Source of the DNA: Alphaproteobacteria bacterium
GTDB taxonomy: Bacteria > Pseudomonadota > Alphaproteobacteria > UBA7887
NCBI GenBank assembly: GCA_030739735.1
Contig: JASLYQ010000015.1
Location: forward strand, 5,733-69,732
Length of the DNA stretch: 64,000 bases
Reading direction: 5' to 3'
Under the pieces are notes generated by a model. The model ran no database searches. It had not been told where the DNA came from and saw nothing but the letters and a program-made list of their open reading frames with translations. The position numbers and the translations under genes are program-made. Positions 30,263-41,098 of the stretch are shown piece by piece; positions within the stretch are counted from its first letter, which is position 1; each line of letters starts with the position of its first letter.

Positions 30263-31599
30263 CCCGATCCCGCCTCCGCCAGCGCAGTGCGGGCCCTCAC
30301 TTTGACGGCTTCAACCGCCGGCTGATCGAAGGGATCAACCCCGAGCAGTTCGGCAGCAATGATGGTCTCCAACATGAAATGCATCAGCAGGCCGCCTATG
30401 CGCCGCTCGTCTAGATTTTCGATGCTGATGCGGCGCAATGGCCGCCCAGCAGCAGTGAGGGCATCAGCCATGGCATTACCCGCGGCCTCGACCATATTGC
30501 CGAGAGTCTTGTGCGCCAGATGGGCAAGTTCCGGCTCGTCCGCGATCAGGTCGGGCTCCACACTGCGCTCGCAGCCGGCACTGTCAAGCGTGAGCAAGGT
30601 CAGCAGCTTGTCGTGCGGCCCATCAAGATAGAGCTGAAGCTGGCTGTGTTGATCAATCGGCCCAAGCCCTGACACGGGCGTAGTGCCAAGGCCGTTCTTG
30701 CCCAGTGATTCGGCCCAGAGTTGGCGATGCCAGGCGGCAAGCTCAGCGAGCCGACCACAATAGGGCATAAGCACCGTAGTGCTAACATCACGTTCCTCTG
30801 CTAGACCAACCAATAGTGCGGCGCCACGCGCGGGCTCACAATCCTCGAGACGCTCGGCAGCAAGAGATACTGCCAACGCTTCAGCTGCGCCTGCGCGCAC
30901 CGCCTCCGCGTCGATGCCCGCAAACATGGCCGGCAGCAGACCGACGGCAGAGAACACGGAATAGCGTCCGCCAAGTCCGGGGTCGTGATCAAGCACCGGT
31001 AGCCGCCAGCGCTCGGCCAAGCGCCGCAGAGGATTTTCGCCAGGCGCCGTTACCACCAGAAAGGCGCCACGCAATTCCTCTTCGCTAACCGCGGCCTTGA
31101 CTGCATCGAAAGCGATGAGGAACTGCGTCAAGGTCTCATCAGTAGCGCCGGACTTGCTGATCACCACAAACAGGCTGCGTTCGAGATCGAGACCATCGAT
31201 TAAAACGCCGAAATCGTGGCCGTCCGCAGCATCGGAGAAATGCAACCAAGCGCGTTGGGCCGGCGGCACTGGATGCACTACCAGTGCCGCCAGCGCCCGG
31301 CCGCCGAGGGTGGAGCCGCCGGTGCCGAGCACCACGAGATCGGTAAACTTACGACTCGCGACATCGACCAGCGGGGCCAGCACCGCAAGATCGTCGCGGC
31401 GCTCTGGCAGGGTCAGCAGCGAGCAACTGCCATCGACTTGCCAGGCGCGCAAGCGCTCCAAGGCCGGCGCAGTCCTCACAAGCGCAGCAGTGAAATGGGT
31501 ATCCGACAGGCCATGGCTGCCGATGGTGCTGGCCAAGCAGCCCGACAGATCGTGCTCGTAAAGTGCGCCACCCCAGCCGCGGCAGCGACCCCCGCTCAT
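30259..31599 (-). CDS. pgi: glucose-6-phosphate isomerase (short type)
   Basis: SIS-domain motifs [11 protein letters not shown] and [11 protein letters not shown], and a C-terminal ESLGKNG...[12 protein letters not shown]. The exact start is uncertain. Confidence 0.75.
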   Translation of the reverse strand: MSGGRCRGWGGALYEHDLSGCLASTIGSHGLSDTHFTAALVRTAPALERLRAWQVDGSCSLLTLPERRDDLAVLAPLVDVASRKFTDLVVLGTGGSTLGGRALAALVVHPVPPAQRAWLHFSDAADGHDFGVLIDGLDLERSLFVVISKSGATDETLTQFLIAFDAVKAAVSEEELRGAFLVVTAPGENPLRRLAERWRLPVLDHDPGLGGRYSVFSAVGLLPAMFAGIDAEAVRAGAAEALAVSLAAERLEDCEPARGAALLVGLAEERDVSTTVLMPYCGRLAELAAWHRQLWAESLGKNGLGTTPVSGLGPIDQHSQLQLYLDGPHDKLLTLLTLDSAGCERSVEPDLIADEPELAHLAHKTLGNMVEAAGNAMADALTAAGRPLRRISIENLDERRIGGLLMHFMLETIIAAELLGVDPFDQPAVEAVKVRARTALAEAGSG

Positions 31600-32861
31600 A
31601 CGCCGCGCGCCACCGCGCGCCAGCCAATATCGCGGCGGCAGAAGCCCTGGGGCCAGTCGATATGTGCCACGGCCTGGTAGGCGCGGGCCTGAGCTTCAGC
31701 GACGCCAGCCGCCCGCGCGGTAACGCCGAGCACGCGCCCACCAGTTGCTACCAGCCGGTCGTTGCAGCGCGCCGTACCGGCATGGAAGACAACCAGGTCG
31801 TCAGCGTCGAGGCCATCGAGACCGCGGATCTCGCTGCCTTTCTCGTACGACCCGGGATAACCCTCGCTTGCCATGACCACGCACAAAGCCGCCTCGTCGC
31901 GCCAGCGTAAGTCAAAATTAGCAAGCTCACCGTCATGAGTCGCCATCAGCGCCGGCAGCAGATCCGAGCGCAGTCGCGACAGTAACACCTGGCATTCGGG
32001 ATCGCCAAAGCGGACATTGTATTCGAGCAGCTTCGGTCCCTGCCCGTCAATCATTAGCCCAGCGTAGAGGACGCCCTTGAATGGTGTGCCGGCCGCAGCC
32101 ATGGCGCGCACGGTCGGCATGATGATCTCCGCCATGACCCGGTCTGCCATAGTGCTATCCAGAATTGGCGCTGGCGAATAGGCCCCCATACCACCGGTGT
32201 TGGGCCCAACATCACCGTCGCCCACGGCCTTATGGTCTTGGGCGCCGACCAGCGCCAGCGCGGTTTTGCCATCGACCAGCGCGAAAAAGCTCGCCTCTTC
32301 ACCAACCAGCAGATCCTCAACCAAGATGGTCGAGCCAGCAGCCCCGAAACTACCGATGGTCGCGTTGGCGGCGAGGGCTTCATCCAGCGTCTGTGCGACG
32401 GTCACACCCTTGCCGGCCGCTAAGCCGTCGGCCTTAATCACCACCGGAGCGCCATGACTCTCGATATAGACCGCCGCCGCCGCCGCATCGTTGAAACTGC
32501 GCGAGGCCGCAGCGGGAATCCCGTTCTCCTCGCAAAGGGTCTTGGTGAAGGCCTTCGAGCCTTCCAATCGGGCGGCTGCCGCGTTTGGGCCGAAGGCGTC
32601 TATGCCCTCGGCATCAAGGCGATCGACCAAGCCAGCAACCAGGGGCGCCTCTGGGCCGACGACGACGAAGGCGATGCTTTCGTCACGGCAGAACGTAACA
32701 ACAGCATCGAAATCCATGGCATCGATGGCGATACAGCGAGCAACCTCAGCGATCCCGCCATTGCCGGGCGCGCACAGCACTTCGTCGCACAGGGGCGAGG
32801 CGGCGATTGCCCAACACAGCGCATGCTCGCGACCTCCCGAGCCGATCACCAGAACCTTCAT
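31596..32861 (-). CDS. purD: phosphoribosylamine--glycine ligase
   Basis: [16 protein letters not shown]-terminus and an ATP-grasp fold. It lies divergent to xseA. Confidence 0.9.
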   Translation of the reverse strand: MKVLVIGSGGREHALCWAIAASPLCDEVLCAPGNGGIAEVARCIAIDAMDFDAVVTFCRDESIAFVVVGPEAPLVAGLVDRLDAEGIDAFGPNAAAARLEGSKAFTKTLCEENGIPAAASRSFNDAAAAAVYIESHGAPVVIKADGLAAGKGVTVAQTLDEALAANATIGSFGAAGSTILVEDLLVGEEASFFALVDGKTALALVGAQDHKAVGDGDVGPNTGGMGAYSPAPILDSTMADRVMAEIIMPTVRAMAAAGTPFKGVLYAGLMIDGQGPKLLEYNVRFGDPECQVLLSRLRSDLLPALMATHDGELANFDLRWRDEAALCVVMASEGYPGSYEKGSEIRGLDGLDADDLVVFHAGTARCNDRLVATGGRVLGVTARAAGVAEAQARAYQAVAHIDWPQGFCRRDIGWRAVARGV

Positions 32862-32959
32862 ATCGTCCTGCATTCCCTCTTCGCGACGGAACGCATAGCA
32901 GCCCATGGCGCGAACGCTGTCAATGGACGCGGTAGCCTGCGCGCGGCTATCATTGCGCT

Positions 32960-34432
32960 ATGACCGACGAAGCCAGCCTCATCGATAACACACCGGAATA
33001 TTCTGTGAGCGAGCTATCCAGCGCACTCAAACGCACCGTCGAGGGGGCTTTTCAGCGCGTCCGTGTGCGGGGCGAGATCTCCGGCTTCAAGCGCGCCGCC
33101 TCAGGCCACCTTTATTTGTCGCTCAAGGATGACAAGGCGGTGCTTGACACGGTGGTTTGGCGCGGCGTCGCCGAAAACCTCAGCATGCGTCCGGAAGACG
33201 GCCTGGAAGTGGTCTGCGATGGCCGGCTGACCACCTACGCGGCGCGCTCACGCTACCAGCTCGTGATCGAGAGCATGACCGCGGCTGGCGCCGGGGCGCT
33301 GTTGGCGCTACTCGAGGAGCGCCGCCGAGCACTGGCAGAGGAAGGGCTTTTCGCGGCCGAACGCAAGCGCCCGCTGCCAGCGCTGCCCGAGCGCATCGGC
33401 GTCATCACCTCGCCAACGGGCGCGGTGATTCGCGACATCCTACATCGCCTGGGCGACCGCTTCCCACGCCCGGTATTGCTGTGGCCCGTGCGCGTGCAGG
33501 GCAAGGGCGCGGACGCGGAGATCGCGGCGGCGATTCGCGGCTTCGATGCGCTAGCACCCGAGGATCCGCTACGTCCAGATCTGCTAATCGTCGCACGCGG
33601 CGGCGGCAGCATCGAGGATCTCTGGTCCTTCAACGAGGAGCTCGTGGTGCGCGCCGCCGCAGACTGCACGATTCCCCTGATCAGCGCCGTCGGTCACGAG
33701 ACCGATACCACACTGATCGACCTCGCCGCCGACGTGCGTGCGCCGACGCCCACGGCAGCAGCTGAGATGGCAGTGCCGGTGCGCGTCGAACTACTTGCCG
33801 ACCTTGGCGACTATGAGCGCCGCATGGCATCGGTCGTGGCGCGCCGGCTCAATGGCGAGCACCACGCCGTCAAGGCCCTAGCGCGGGGCCTGCCGAGACC
33901 CGAGGCCATGCTCGGCGAAGCAGCACAACGGCTCGACGAGCGCAGCGAAAGCCTTCGCCGAGTGATGACCATGGCGCTCGACCGGCGCAGCGCCGCCCTC
34001 GCCGAGGCGGCGGCCGGCCTGGTCAATCCGCGCCAGCAGGCCCACGCCGCCGGCCTGTGTCTCGAGGCCTGTGCGCATCGCTTGCTGGCGTCAGGGGTGG
34101 CAAAACTGCGTCACGCCGGCGAAGGGCTCGCCCGCTTTACCCGCGAGCCGCGCCTACAGCGGGCCAGCGAGCGGCGGCTGAGTGGCGCATGGGACCAGTT
34201 GGCGGCTGCGGCTGCACGCCTTGAAAGCGTCAGTCACCGCAGTGTGCTCGAGCGCGGCTTCGCCGTCATCCGTGGTGCGGCGGGAGAGTTAATAAGGGCT
34301 AGCTCTGCTGCGCGCCGGGCCGGCGCGCTCGAGATCGAGTTCCACGACGGACGCGTCGCAACCCAGGTCGGCGTTGCGCCCCGCGGGCGCCGCGGTGGCC
34401 CTGACGACGACAGCCAAGGATCCCTGCTATGA
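32960..34432 (+). CDS. xseA: exodeoxyribonuclease VII large subunit
   Basis: OB-fold N-terminus (YSVSELSSALKRTVEGAF..VRVRGEIS) and 490 aa. Confidence 0.85.
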   Translation: MTDEASLIDNTPEYSVSELSSALKRTVEGAFQRVRVRGEISGFKRAASGHLYLSLKDDKAVLDTVVWRGVAENLSMRPEDGLEVVCDGRLTTYAARSRYQLVIESMTAAGAGALLALLEERRRALAEEGLFAAERKRPLPALPERIGVITSPTGAVIRDILHRLGDRFPRPVLLWPVRVQGKGADAEIAAAIRGFDALAPEDPLRPDLLIVARGGGSIEDLWSFNEELVVRAAADCTIPLISAVGHETDTTLIDLAADVRAPTPTAAAEMAVPVRVELLADLGDYERRMASVVARRLNGEHHAVKALARGLPRPEAMLGEAAQRLDERSESLRRVMTMALDRRSAALAEAAAGLVNPRQQAHAAGLCLEACAHRLLASGVAKLRHAGEGLARFTREPRLQRASERRLSGAWDQLAAAAARLESVSHRSVLERGFAVIRGAAGELIRASSAARRAGALEIEFHDGRVATQVGVAPRGRRGGPDDDSQGSLL

Positions 34433-35244
34433 CCAAATCGATTGCGCTTGCGGCGTTGCTACTCGCCACCCTCGCCGAAACCGCTAGCGCCGGCCTTATG
34501 GAACTGCGCGGCACGACCGCACAAGGCGGCCTGCTGCGCGGCACCGTGGCGCCCGACTGCCGCGTGACCCTTGATGGACTGGAAGTCCCCGTGGCCGAGA
34601 ACGGCGGCTTTCTCATCGGCTTTGGCTACGATCAGAAGCCCTGGGCGCTGGTCAAGGCTTTTTGCCCCGGCGCCCAAGCACGCCAATCCCTGCAGATCAG
34701 ACAGCGCACTTACGACGAGCAGCACATCGACGGGCTACCCGAGGACATGGTCACCTATGACGAGGCAACGCTCGCGCGCATCCGCGTCGAGGCCGAAGCG
34801 GTGGCGGCGGCGCGCGCCGTCGAAACGGAGTTGCTGGCCCACCAGGCGCCCTTCGTCTGGCCGGTCATAGGCCAGATCACAGGCGTCTACGGCTCACGCA
34901 GGGTACTCAACGGCGTGCCCAAGCAACCGCACTACGGCGTCGACGTGGCCGCACCGGTCGGCACTCCGGTGGCTGCAGCGGCAGCCGGCGAGGTAACCTT
35001 CGCATCCGATCTCTATCTCAGCGGCAAGACCATCATCATCGATCACGGCTTCGGGTTATCGACTAGCTATCTACATCTCTCCGAGACAGCCGTTGGCGTC
35101 GGCGATACGGTGACGCAAGGTGAGACCATCGGTGCCGTCGGGACCAGCGGCCGCACCACCGGAGCCCATTTCGATTGGCGGGTAAACCTACTTGACAGAC
35201 GTCTCGACCCAGTGCTCGTCGCTGGCCCCATGCCAGAGGAGTAA
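34429..35244 (+). CDS. M23 family metallopeptidase (secreted)
   Basis: Signal peptide and the HYGVDVAAPVGTPV...IIIDHGFGLSTSYLHLS M23 motifs. Confidence 0.8.
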   Translation: MTKSIALAALLLATLAETASAGLMELRGTTAQGGLLRGTVAPDCRVTLDGLEVPVAENGGFLIGFGYDQKPWALVKAFCPGAQARQSLQIRQRTYDEQHIDGLPEDMVTYDEATLARIRVEAEAVAAARAVETELLAHQAPFVWPVIGQITGVYGSRRVLNGVPKQPHYGVDVAAPVGTPVAAAAAGEVTFASDLYLSGKTIIIDHGFGLSTSYLHLSETAVGVGDTVTQGETIGAVGTSGRTTGAHFDWRVNLLDRRLDPVLVAGPMPEE

Positions 35245-35465
35245 GCCATGCGCCAGCGCAGCAATCCCAAAAGCAAGCGTCTGCCTATCGAGATCGACAC
35301 GACCTCGAACGGCGGTTTTGCGCCACAGCCGCTCGATAACGTCAGCCGCCGCGCTGAATACCCCGAGCAGCCCGGCCCGCATTCCCTAACCGACGAGCCG
35401 AAGGCGCGGCACGAGTGCCCCAACAATCTCGCCGCGCGCGGCGGGTCGTCGGTCTGAGGCACGCC

Positions 35466-35675
35466 ATGGGACCACTACAAACCGTCTTCCCTATGCTCAT
35501 CGTGATCGCGTTGATCGCGATCTTCATCGTGTTGATGGTGGGCGTCATCGGCATGGTGCGCGGCGGCAAATTCAATCGCCGCTACGGTAATACCCTGATG
35601 CGCCTACGCGTCGGTGTCCAGGCCTTCGCGGTGCTTTTAATCGTGATCTACGTGGCCTTCATCCACGGCGGCTGA
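35466..35675 (+). CDS. twin-transmembrane-helix small protein (HIG1-domain-like)
   Basis: 70 aa with two hydrophobic helices and the KFNRRYGNTLMRLRVGVQAFAVLLIV pattern. Confidence 0.5.
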   Translation: MGPLQTVFPMLIVIALIAIFIVLMVGVIGMVRGGKFNRRYGNTLMRLRVGVQAFAVLLIVIYVAFIHGG

Positions 35676-35807
35676 GGACGCATGCGCCGCCGCCGTAAGC
35701 GGTTTGACAGGCTATGGGCCTAGCCATATTGTGCGTCTGCACAATAGGCGGATCAGTGCTGCGTCGGCCGGCGTCGCCGCAATTCAATCCCCTCGGAGCC
35801 AGCACGG

Positions 35808-36557
35808 ATGAAAGCTCTCGTCGCGGTCAAACGCGTCATCGACTACAACGTCAAGATTCGGGTGAAAAGCGACAAGTCGGGGGTCGAGACGGCCAACGTC
35901 AAGATGTCCATGAACCCGTTTGACGAGATCGCGGTGGAGGAGGCCGTGCGTCTAAAAGAAGCAGGCACGGTGGACGAGATCGTCGCCGTCTCGATCGGCC
36001 CGCAGCAATGCCAGGAGACGCTGCGCACCGCATTCGCCATGGGTGCCGACAGGGGCATTCTGGTGCTCACCGACGAGGCGCCCGAGCCGCTCGCCATCGC
36101 CAAGCTGCTCAAGGCCATCGTGCAGGCCGAGAGCCCGGAACTGGTGATCGTTGGCAAGCAGGCAATCGACGACGATTCAAACCAGACGGGGCAGATGCTC
36201 GCGGCCATGCTGGGCTGGGCCCAGGGCACATTCGCCTCCAAGCTGACCCTGGCCGACGGCAAGGCTGAGGTGATGCGCGAGATCGACGGCGGGCTGGAGA
36301 CGGTATCGCTGGCCCTGCCCGCAATCATCACAACCGATCTGCGCCTCAACGAGCCGCGCTACGCTTCGCTACCCAACATAATGAAGGCGAAGAAGAAGCC
36401 GATCGACCAGAAGACGCCGGCCGATTGTGGTGTCGACATCTCACCGCGGCTGGAGACACTGTCCGTGGAGGAGCCGGAAGCACGCTCGGCTGGTATCAAG
36501 GTCGAGGGACCGCGGGAGCTAATCGAGAAATTGCGTGATGAGGCGGGCGTCATCTGA
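35808..36557 (+). CDS. etfB: electron transfer flavoprotein subunit beta
   Basis: [20 protein letters not shown]-terminus; 249 aa. Confidence 0.9.
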   Translation: MKALVAVKRVIDYNVKIRVKSDKSGVETANVKMSMNPFDEIAVEEAVRLKEAGTVDEIVAVSIGPQQCQETLRTAFAMGADRGILVLTDEAPEPLAIAKLLKAIVQAESPELVIVGKQAIDDDSNQTGQMLAAMLGWAQGTFASKLTLADGKAEVMREIDGGLETVSLALPAIITTDLRLNEPRYASLPNIMKAKKKPIDQKTPADCGVDISPRLETLSVEEPEARSAGIKVEGPRELIEKLRDEAGVI

Positions 36558-37492
36558 TGGCAGCGTTGGTCATAGCCGAGCACAACAACGCCGAGATCAA
36601 GGCGGCGACCTTCAACACGGTGGCCGCTGCGGCGGCGCTCGGCGACAAGATCGATGTGCTCATCGCCGGCGCTGACTGCGGCGTGGCAGCCGAGCAGGCC
36701 GCCGCGATCCCCGGCATCCGCAAGGTGCTGTGCGCCGATAACGTGGCGCTCAAGCATCAGCTAGCAGAAAACCTGGGCCCGCTGATCGCCAGCCTGGCCA
36801 AAGGCTACGGTCACGTGCTGGCACCGTCAGACACTTTCGGCAAGAACGTCATGCCGCGCGTCGCAGCCCACCTCAACGTGCAGCAGATCTCCGACATTAT
36901 CACCGTCGAAGATGCCGATACCTTCAAGCGCCCAGTCTATGCCGGCAACGCCATCGCCACCGTGCGCTCGTCCGATCCGATCAAGCTGATCACCGTGCGC
37001 ACGACTGCATTCAAGGCGGCGGAAGGTAGCGGTTCGGCCCCGGTTGAGAATATCGATAGCGGTGCAGACAATGCCCTTTCCAGCTTTGTCGGGCGCAAGC
37101 TATCGAAATCCGAACGTCCCGAGCTGACCGCGGCGCGGGTCATCGTCTCGGGCGGGCGCGGCATGCAGAATGGCGAGAACTTCGCCCTGCTCGAAGCCCT
37201 GGCCGACAAGCTCGGCGCCGCCGTCGGCGCCTCGCGTGCAGCGGTCGATGCGGGCTATGTGCCGAACGACTACCAGGTCGGTCAGACCGGCAAGATCGTG
37301 GCGCCAGAGCTGTACATCGCTGTCGGCATCTCCGGCGCCATTCAGCATCTGGCCGGCATGAAGGATTCTAAGGTGATCGTCGCCATCAACAAGGATGAAG
37401 AGGCGCCGATCTTCCAGGTCGCCGACTACGGTATCGTCGGCGATCTCTTCTCCGTGGTGCCGGCGCTGACCGAAGCGCTGGGCAAATATTGA
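36557..37492 (+). CDS. etfA: electron transfer flavoprotein subunit alpha
   Basis: FAD-binding C-terminal motifs (PELYIAVGISGAIQHLAGM); abuts etfB. Confidence 0.9.
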   Translation: MAALVIAEHNNAEIKAATFNTVAAAAALGDKIDVLIAGADCGVAAEQAAAIPGIRKVLCADNVALKHQLAENLGPLIASLAKGYGHVLAPSDTFGKNVMPRVAAHLNVQQISDIITVEDADTFKRPVYAGNAIATVRSSDPIKLITVRTTAFKAAEGSGSAPVENIDSGADNALSSFVGRKLSKSERPELTAARVIVSGGRGMQNGENFALLEALADKLGAAVGASRAAVDAGYVPNDYQVGQTGKIVAPELYIAVGISGAIQHLAGMKDSKVIVAINKDEEAPIFQVADYGIVGDLFSVVPALTEALGKY

Positions 37493-37517
37493 CAGATTAA
37501 GGGCACGGACGAAAACC

Positions 37518-38393
37518 ATGGTAAACAGCGTAGCAATCATCGGCGCCGGACAGATGGGATCGGGCATTGCCCATGTCTGCGCACTGTCGGGGCTCGAGGT
37601 CACTCTCATCGATATCGCCCAGGAGCGGCTCGATGCAGCCCTGGCTGGTATCGACCGCAACATTTCGCGTCAGGTCGCGCGCGGCAAGGTTGAGGAGGCC
37701 GAGAAGGTGGCAGCGCTGGCGCGCATCAATCAGACGCTGGCGCTGGATGCAGCGGCCGAGGTCGATCTCGTGATCGAGGCGGCAACCGAGAACGAGGCGG
37801 TCAAGAAGGAGATTTTCCAGACCCTCTGCCCTAAGCTCACTAGCGCAGACACGTTGATCGCCACCAACACCTCGTCCATATCCGTGACGCGGCTCGCGGC
37901 GACCACCGATCGGCCGGGCAAGTTCATTGGCATGCATTTCATGAACCCGGTTCCGATGATGCGCCTGATCGAGCTAATCCGCGGCATCGCCACCGACGAA
38001 GAGACGTTTAGTCGCGTTCGTGAGCTAACCATAAGGCTTGGCAAGAGCCCAGTCAGTTCCGAGGATTTTCCCGCCTTCATCGTCAACCGTATTCTCTTAC
38101 CGATGATCAACGAGGCCATCTACACGCTGTACGAGGGGGTGGGTTCGGTGGAAGCAATTGACACTGCCATGAAGCTTGGCGCCAACCATCCCATGGGCCC
38201 GCTGGAGCTAGCCGATTTCATCGGTCTCGATGTATGCCTGGCGGTGATGCAGGTCCTGCACGAGGGCCTCGCCGACACCAAGTACCGCCCCTGCCCGTTG
38301 TTGGCGAAATATGTCGAGGCCGGCTGGATCGGCTGCAAGTCCGGCCGCGGCTTCTACGACTACACCGGCGACGCCCCTGTGCCGACGCGCTAG
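37518..38393 (+). CDS. hbd: 3-hydroxybutyryl-CoA dehydrogenase
   Basis: IGAGQMGSGIAHV Rossmann motif and the 3HCDH N- and C-terminal domains. Confidence 0.85.
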   Translation: MVNSVAIIGAGQMGSGIAHVCALSGLEVTLIDIAQERLDAALAGIDRNISRQVARGKVEEAEKVAALARINQTLALDAAAEVDLVIEAATENEAVKKEIFQTLCPKLTSADTLIATNTSSISVTRLAATTDRPGKFIGMHFMNPVPMMRLIELIRGIATDEETFSRVRELTIRLGKSPVSSEDFPAFIVNRILLPMINEAIYTLYEGVGSVEAIDTAMKLGANHPMGPLELADFIGLDVCLAVMQVLHEGLADTKYRPCPLLAKYVEAGWIGCKSGRGFYDYTGDAPVPTR

Positions 38394-38466
38394 CGCCATC
38401 GACTTTGCCGGGCTTGGCTGGCAATATCTGGCGCAAAGGCATCACGTCGCACAGGGAGGAAGTATC

Positions 38467-39780
38467 ATGATCGTGGCATCATTGCGTTCGCTGGGTGGGC
38501 AGTTCTGCGCCGCGTTCGTATTGACCTTGGGCCTCACCGCAACGTCCCCGGCCCAGGCGGAAGACGGTGAGATCTCCATCGCCGTCGTTACCTTCCTTTC
38601 CGGCCCGGCGGCGGCGCATTTCGGCGTGCCTGCGCGCGAGGGCGCGGAGACCACCATCGATGCACTCAATGCCGGCGCCTTCCCCGCGCCCTACAACACG
38701 CCAGGCATCGGCGGCATGAAGATCGTACCGATCTTCGTCGACGAGGCGGGTGGCGCCACCAAGCAGGTGGCCGAGTTCCGCAATCTGGTGCAGCGGCGCA
38801 ATGTCGACATCATCATGGGCTACATCTCCAGCGGCGATTGCCTGGCCATTCCCCAGGTCGCCGAGGAACTCAAGCAGTTCACTATTCTCGTCGACTGCGG
38901 CACGCCGCGCGTCTTCGAGGAGGCGAGCTACCAATACGTCTTTCGCACCGGCCCGCACGCGGCGATGGACAACGTCGCCATCGCCCGCTACCTGCTCGAC
39001 CGCAAACCGGATGTAAAGACCATCGCCGGACTCAATCAGAACTACGCCTGGGGCCAGGACTCCTGGAACGATTTTCAAGGCTCTATGGAGGTGCTCAAGC
39101 CCGGCATCGAGGTCGTCGATGTGCAGTTCCCGAAGCTTTTTGCCGGCCAGTTTGGCGCCGAGATCTCGGCGCTTCTGTCCAGGAGACCCGATGTCATCCA
39201 TTCGAGCTTCTGGGGCGCCGACCTTGAAGCTCTGATCCTGCAGGGCGGCGGTCGCGGCCTGTTCGAGCGCAGCCAAGTGGTGCTGTCGGCCGGCGAGCAC
39301 GTGCTACATCTGATCGGTGACCGCATGCCGGACGGTACCTTTCTCGGCGCCCGCGGTCCGCACGGCCCGTTTGCGCCCGAGAGCGAGATGAACACCTGGT
39401 TCCACAACACCTATACCGAACGTTGGGGCCATGTGCCGAACCAGGGTGCCTACAAATACACCATGGCGCTGTTAGGCCTCAAGACGGCCTATGCCAAGGC
39501 CGAGGCTGTGGCCGGGTCTGCGCCAACGCCGGAGCAGGTAATGCAGGCGCTGACCTATCTCGAATGGGACAGCCCCAGCGGCATGGTCAAGATGGCGCTG
39601 GCCGACGGCCACCAGGCGATCCAGGCCAATGCCATCGGCACCAGCCGCTACGACGAGGCAGAAGGTCGTATCGTGGTAGACGACGTCGTCTACTACAACG
39701 CCGAATGCGTCAATCCGCCGCCGGGTATCAAGGCCATCGACTGGATCCGTCAGGGCTTCCCCGACGCTAAGTGTAACTGA
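38467..39780 (+). CDS. ABC transporter substrate-binding protein (branched-chain amino acid/urea-type, periplasmic)
   Basis: Signal peptide MIVASLRSLGGQFCAAFVLTLGLTATSPAQA and a type I periplasmic binding fold. No permease or ATPase genes lie adjacent. Confidence 0.7.
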   Translation: MIVASLRSLGGQFCAAFVLTLGLTATSPAQAEDGEISIAVVTFLSGPAAAHFGVPAREGAETTIDALNAGAFPAPYNTPGIGGMKIVPIFVDEAGGATKQVAEFRNLVQRRNVDIIMGYISSGDCLAIPQVAEELKQFTILVDCGTPRVFEEASYQYVFRTGPHAAMDNVAIARYLLDRKPDVKTIAGLNQNYAWGQDSWNDFQGSMEVLKPGIEVVDVQFPKLFAGQFGAEISALLSRRPDVIHSSFWGADLEALILQGGGRGLFERSQVVLSAGEHVLHLIGDRMPDGTFLGARGPHGPFAPESEMNTWFHNTYTERWGHVPNQGAYKYTMALLGLKTAYAKAEAVAGSAPTPEQVMQALTYLEWDSPSGMVKMALADGHQAIQANAIGTSRYDEAEGRIVVDDVVYYNAECVNPPPGIKAIDWIRQGFPDAKCN

Positions 39781-40574
39781 TGGACCTTGATCTCTCCGGC
39801 AAGACGGCGCTGGTCACGGGGTCCTCCCGCGGCATCGGGTTCGAGACCGCGGTGGGGCTCGTCGAGATGGGCGCCAAGATTATCGTGCACGGACGCACCA
39901 ACACTTCCGTAAACGATGCGCTCGCCCGCCTCGAAGAACGCATCGCTGCCGCCGACGCCGTCGGGATCGCCGCTGATCTCGGCACGGCTGCCGGCTGTGA
40001 TGCCATCGCTGCCGCGCACCCGATGGTCGACGTGTTGGTCAACAATGTCGGCATTTACCGGCCCGAGCCTTTTAACGAGGTCGGCGACGATACTTGGCAG
40101 GTATATTTTGACATCAACGTCATGTCGGGCGTACGCATGGCGCGGCACTATCTTAAAGGGATGCTCGAGCGCGACTGGGGACGGGTTATTTTTGTCTCTA
40201 GCGAATCCGGCGTCTTCATCCCTCCGGAGATGATTCATTATGGCTTCTCCAAGGCGGCGCAGTTGGCCATCGCCCGCGGATTAGCCGAAACCACTAAGGG
40301 TTCAAACGTGACCGTCAACTCTGTGTTGCCCGGCCCCACCTGGGTCGAGACCCAGGAGCGCAACATGGGCCCGCGGGCCAAGGCCGAGGGGCGCAGCATC
40401 GAGGAACTCAAGGCCGAAATCTTCGCCACTCGCCGCCAGTCCTCGCTCTTACAGCGCTACGAGACCCCGGACGAGGTCGCCAACATGATCTGCTACGCCT
40501 GCAGCCCTGCCGCCTCAGGCACCAACGGCGCCTCGCTGCGCGTCGAAGGCGGGATCGTGCGTAACTTCGTCTAG
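39780..40574 (+). CDS. SDR-family oxidoreductase
   Basis: TGSSRGIG cofactor motif and a YGFSKAA active-site region. Confidence 0.8.
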   Translation: MDLDLSGKTALVTGSSRGIGFETAVGLVEMGAKIIVHGRTNTSVNDALARLEERIAAADAVGIAADLGTAAGCDAIAAAHPMVDVLVNNVGIYRPEPFNEVGDDTWQVYFDINVMSGVRMARHYLKGMLERDWGRVIFVSSESGVFIPPEMIHYGFSKAAQLAIARGLAETTKGSNVTVNSVLPGPTWVETQERNMGPRAKAEGRSIEELKAEIFATRRQSSLLQRYETPDEVANMICYACSPAASGTNGASLRVEGGIVRNFV

Positions 40575-40759
40575 CCCTCAATTGGCAGAATACCTTACAT
40601 CAATTACGGAGACCGTCACTGGCCCTTACTTAACTACAGGCGATTACGCAGCGCAGAGATTGCATGACAACTAATGCCACATGGGAAAATATATGGTGTC
40701 CCCATATTATGTGGTGCCGGTAAATTATAGAATAAACCTAATCCTCTTTTATTTCTTCA

Positions 40760-41000
40760 GATCAAGAGATAGTCGTGGTCCTGAGCGCCGGGAAGCCACG
40801 ATAGTGGTCGCGATGGTTGCCGGTGTGGTTGGGTTTGCCAGGCTTGGCCAGCAGGTCGCGCGGTGCGGTGTAGCTGCAGATGGTGCGCTTGGGGCGCTCG
40901 TGCCAAGAGATGGTGAAGGCAGCGAGCTTGGCAAAGAAGACCAGCCGACTGTAGGGTAGACAGCTGTGAATCCGCCAGACCAGGGCACGCCAGTTGGCAC
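40760..41000 (-). mobile_element. degenerate IS5-family transposase C-terminal remnant (putative)
   Basis: The minus-strand translation ...NWRALVWRIHSCLPYSRLVFFAKLAAFTISWHERPKR... resembles the IS5/IS427 C-terminal motif RWVVERTFAWLxxFRRLxxRYERRP, with indels. An AT-rich stretch lies adjacent at 40590-40760. No intact DDE domain or inverted repeats were found. Confidence 0.3.
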
Positions 41001-41098
41001 CTTCGGCATAGCGGTCGGCAAACTGGGGCACGACGGCAAAAACCGCACCCGGCCCCGGTTCTCCAACGTCTTGACCGAGCGAGGCTTGCGCACTCTGC

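Noticed and set aside
35248-35457. 69-aa ORF immediately after the M23 peptidase.
   Set aside because: It has no recognisable motif and a low-complexity composition. It could be real, but the evidence is insufficient.
40681-40959. 92-aa plus-strand ORF starting in the AT-rich tract.
   Set aside because: It begins in low-complexity AT-rich DNA and runs antisense to the better-supported IS5-like remnant reading.
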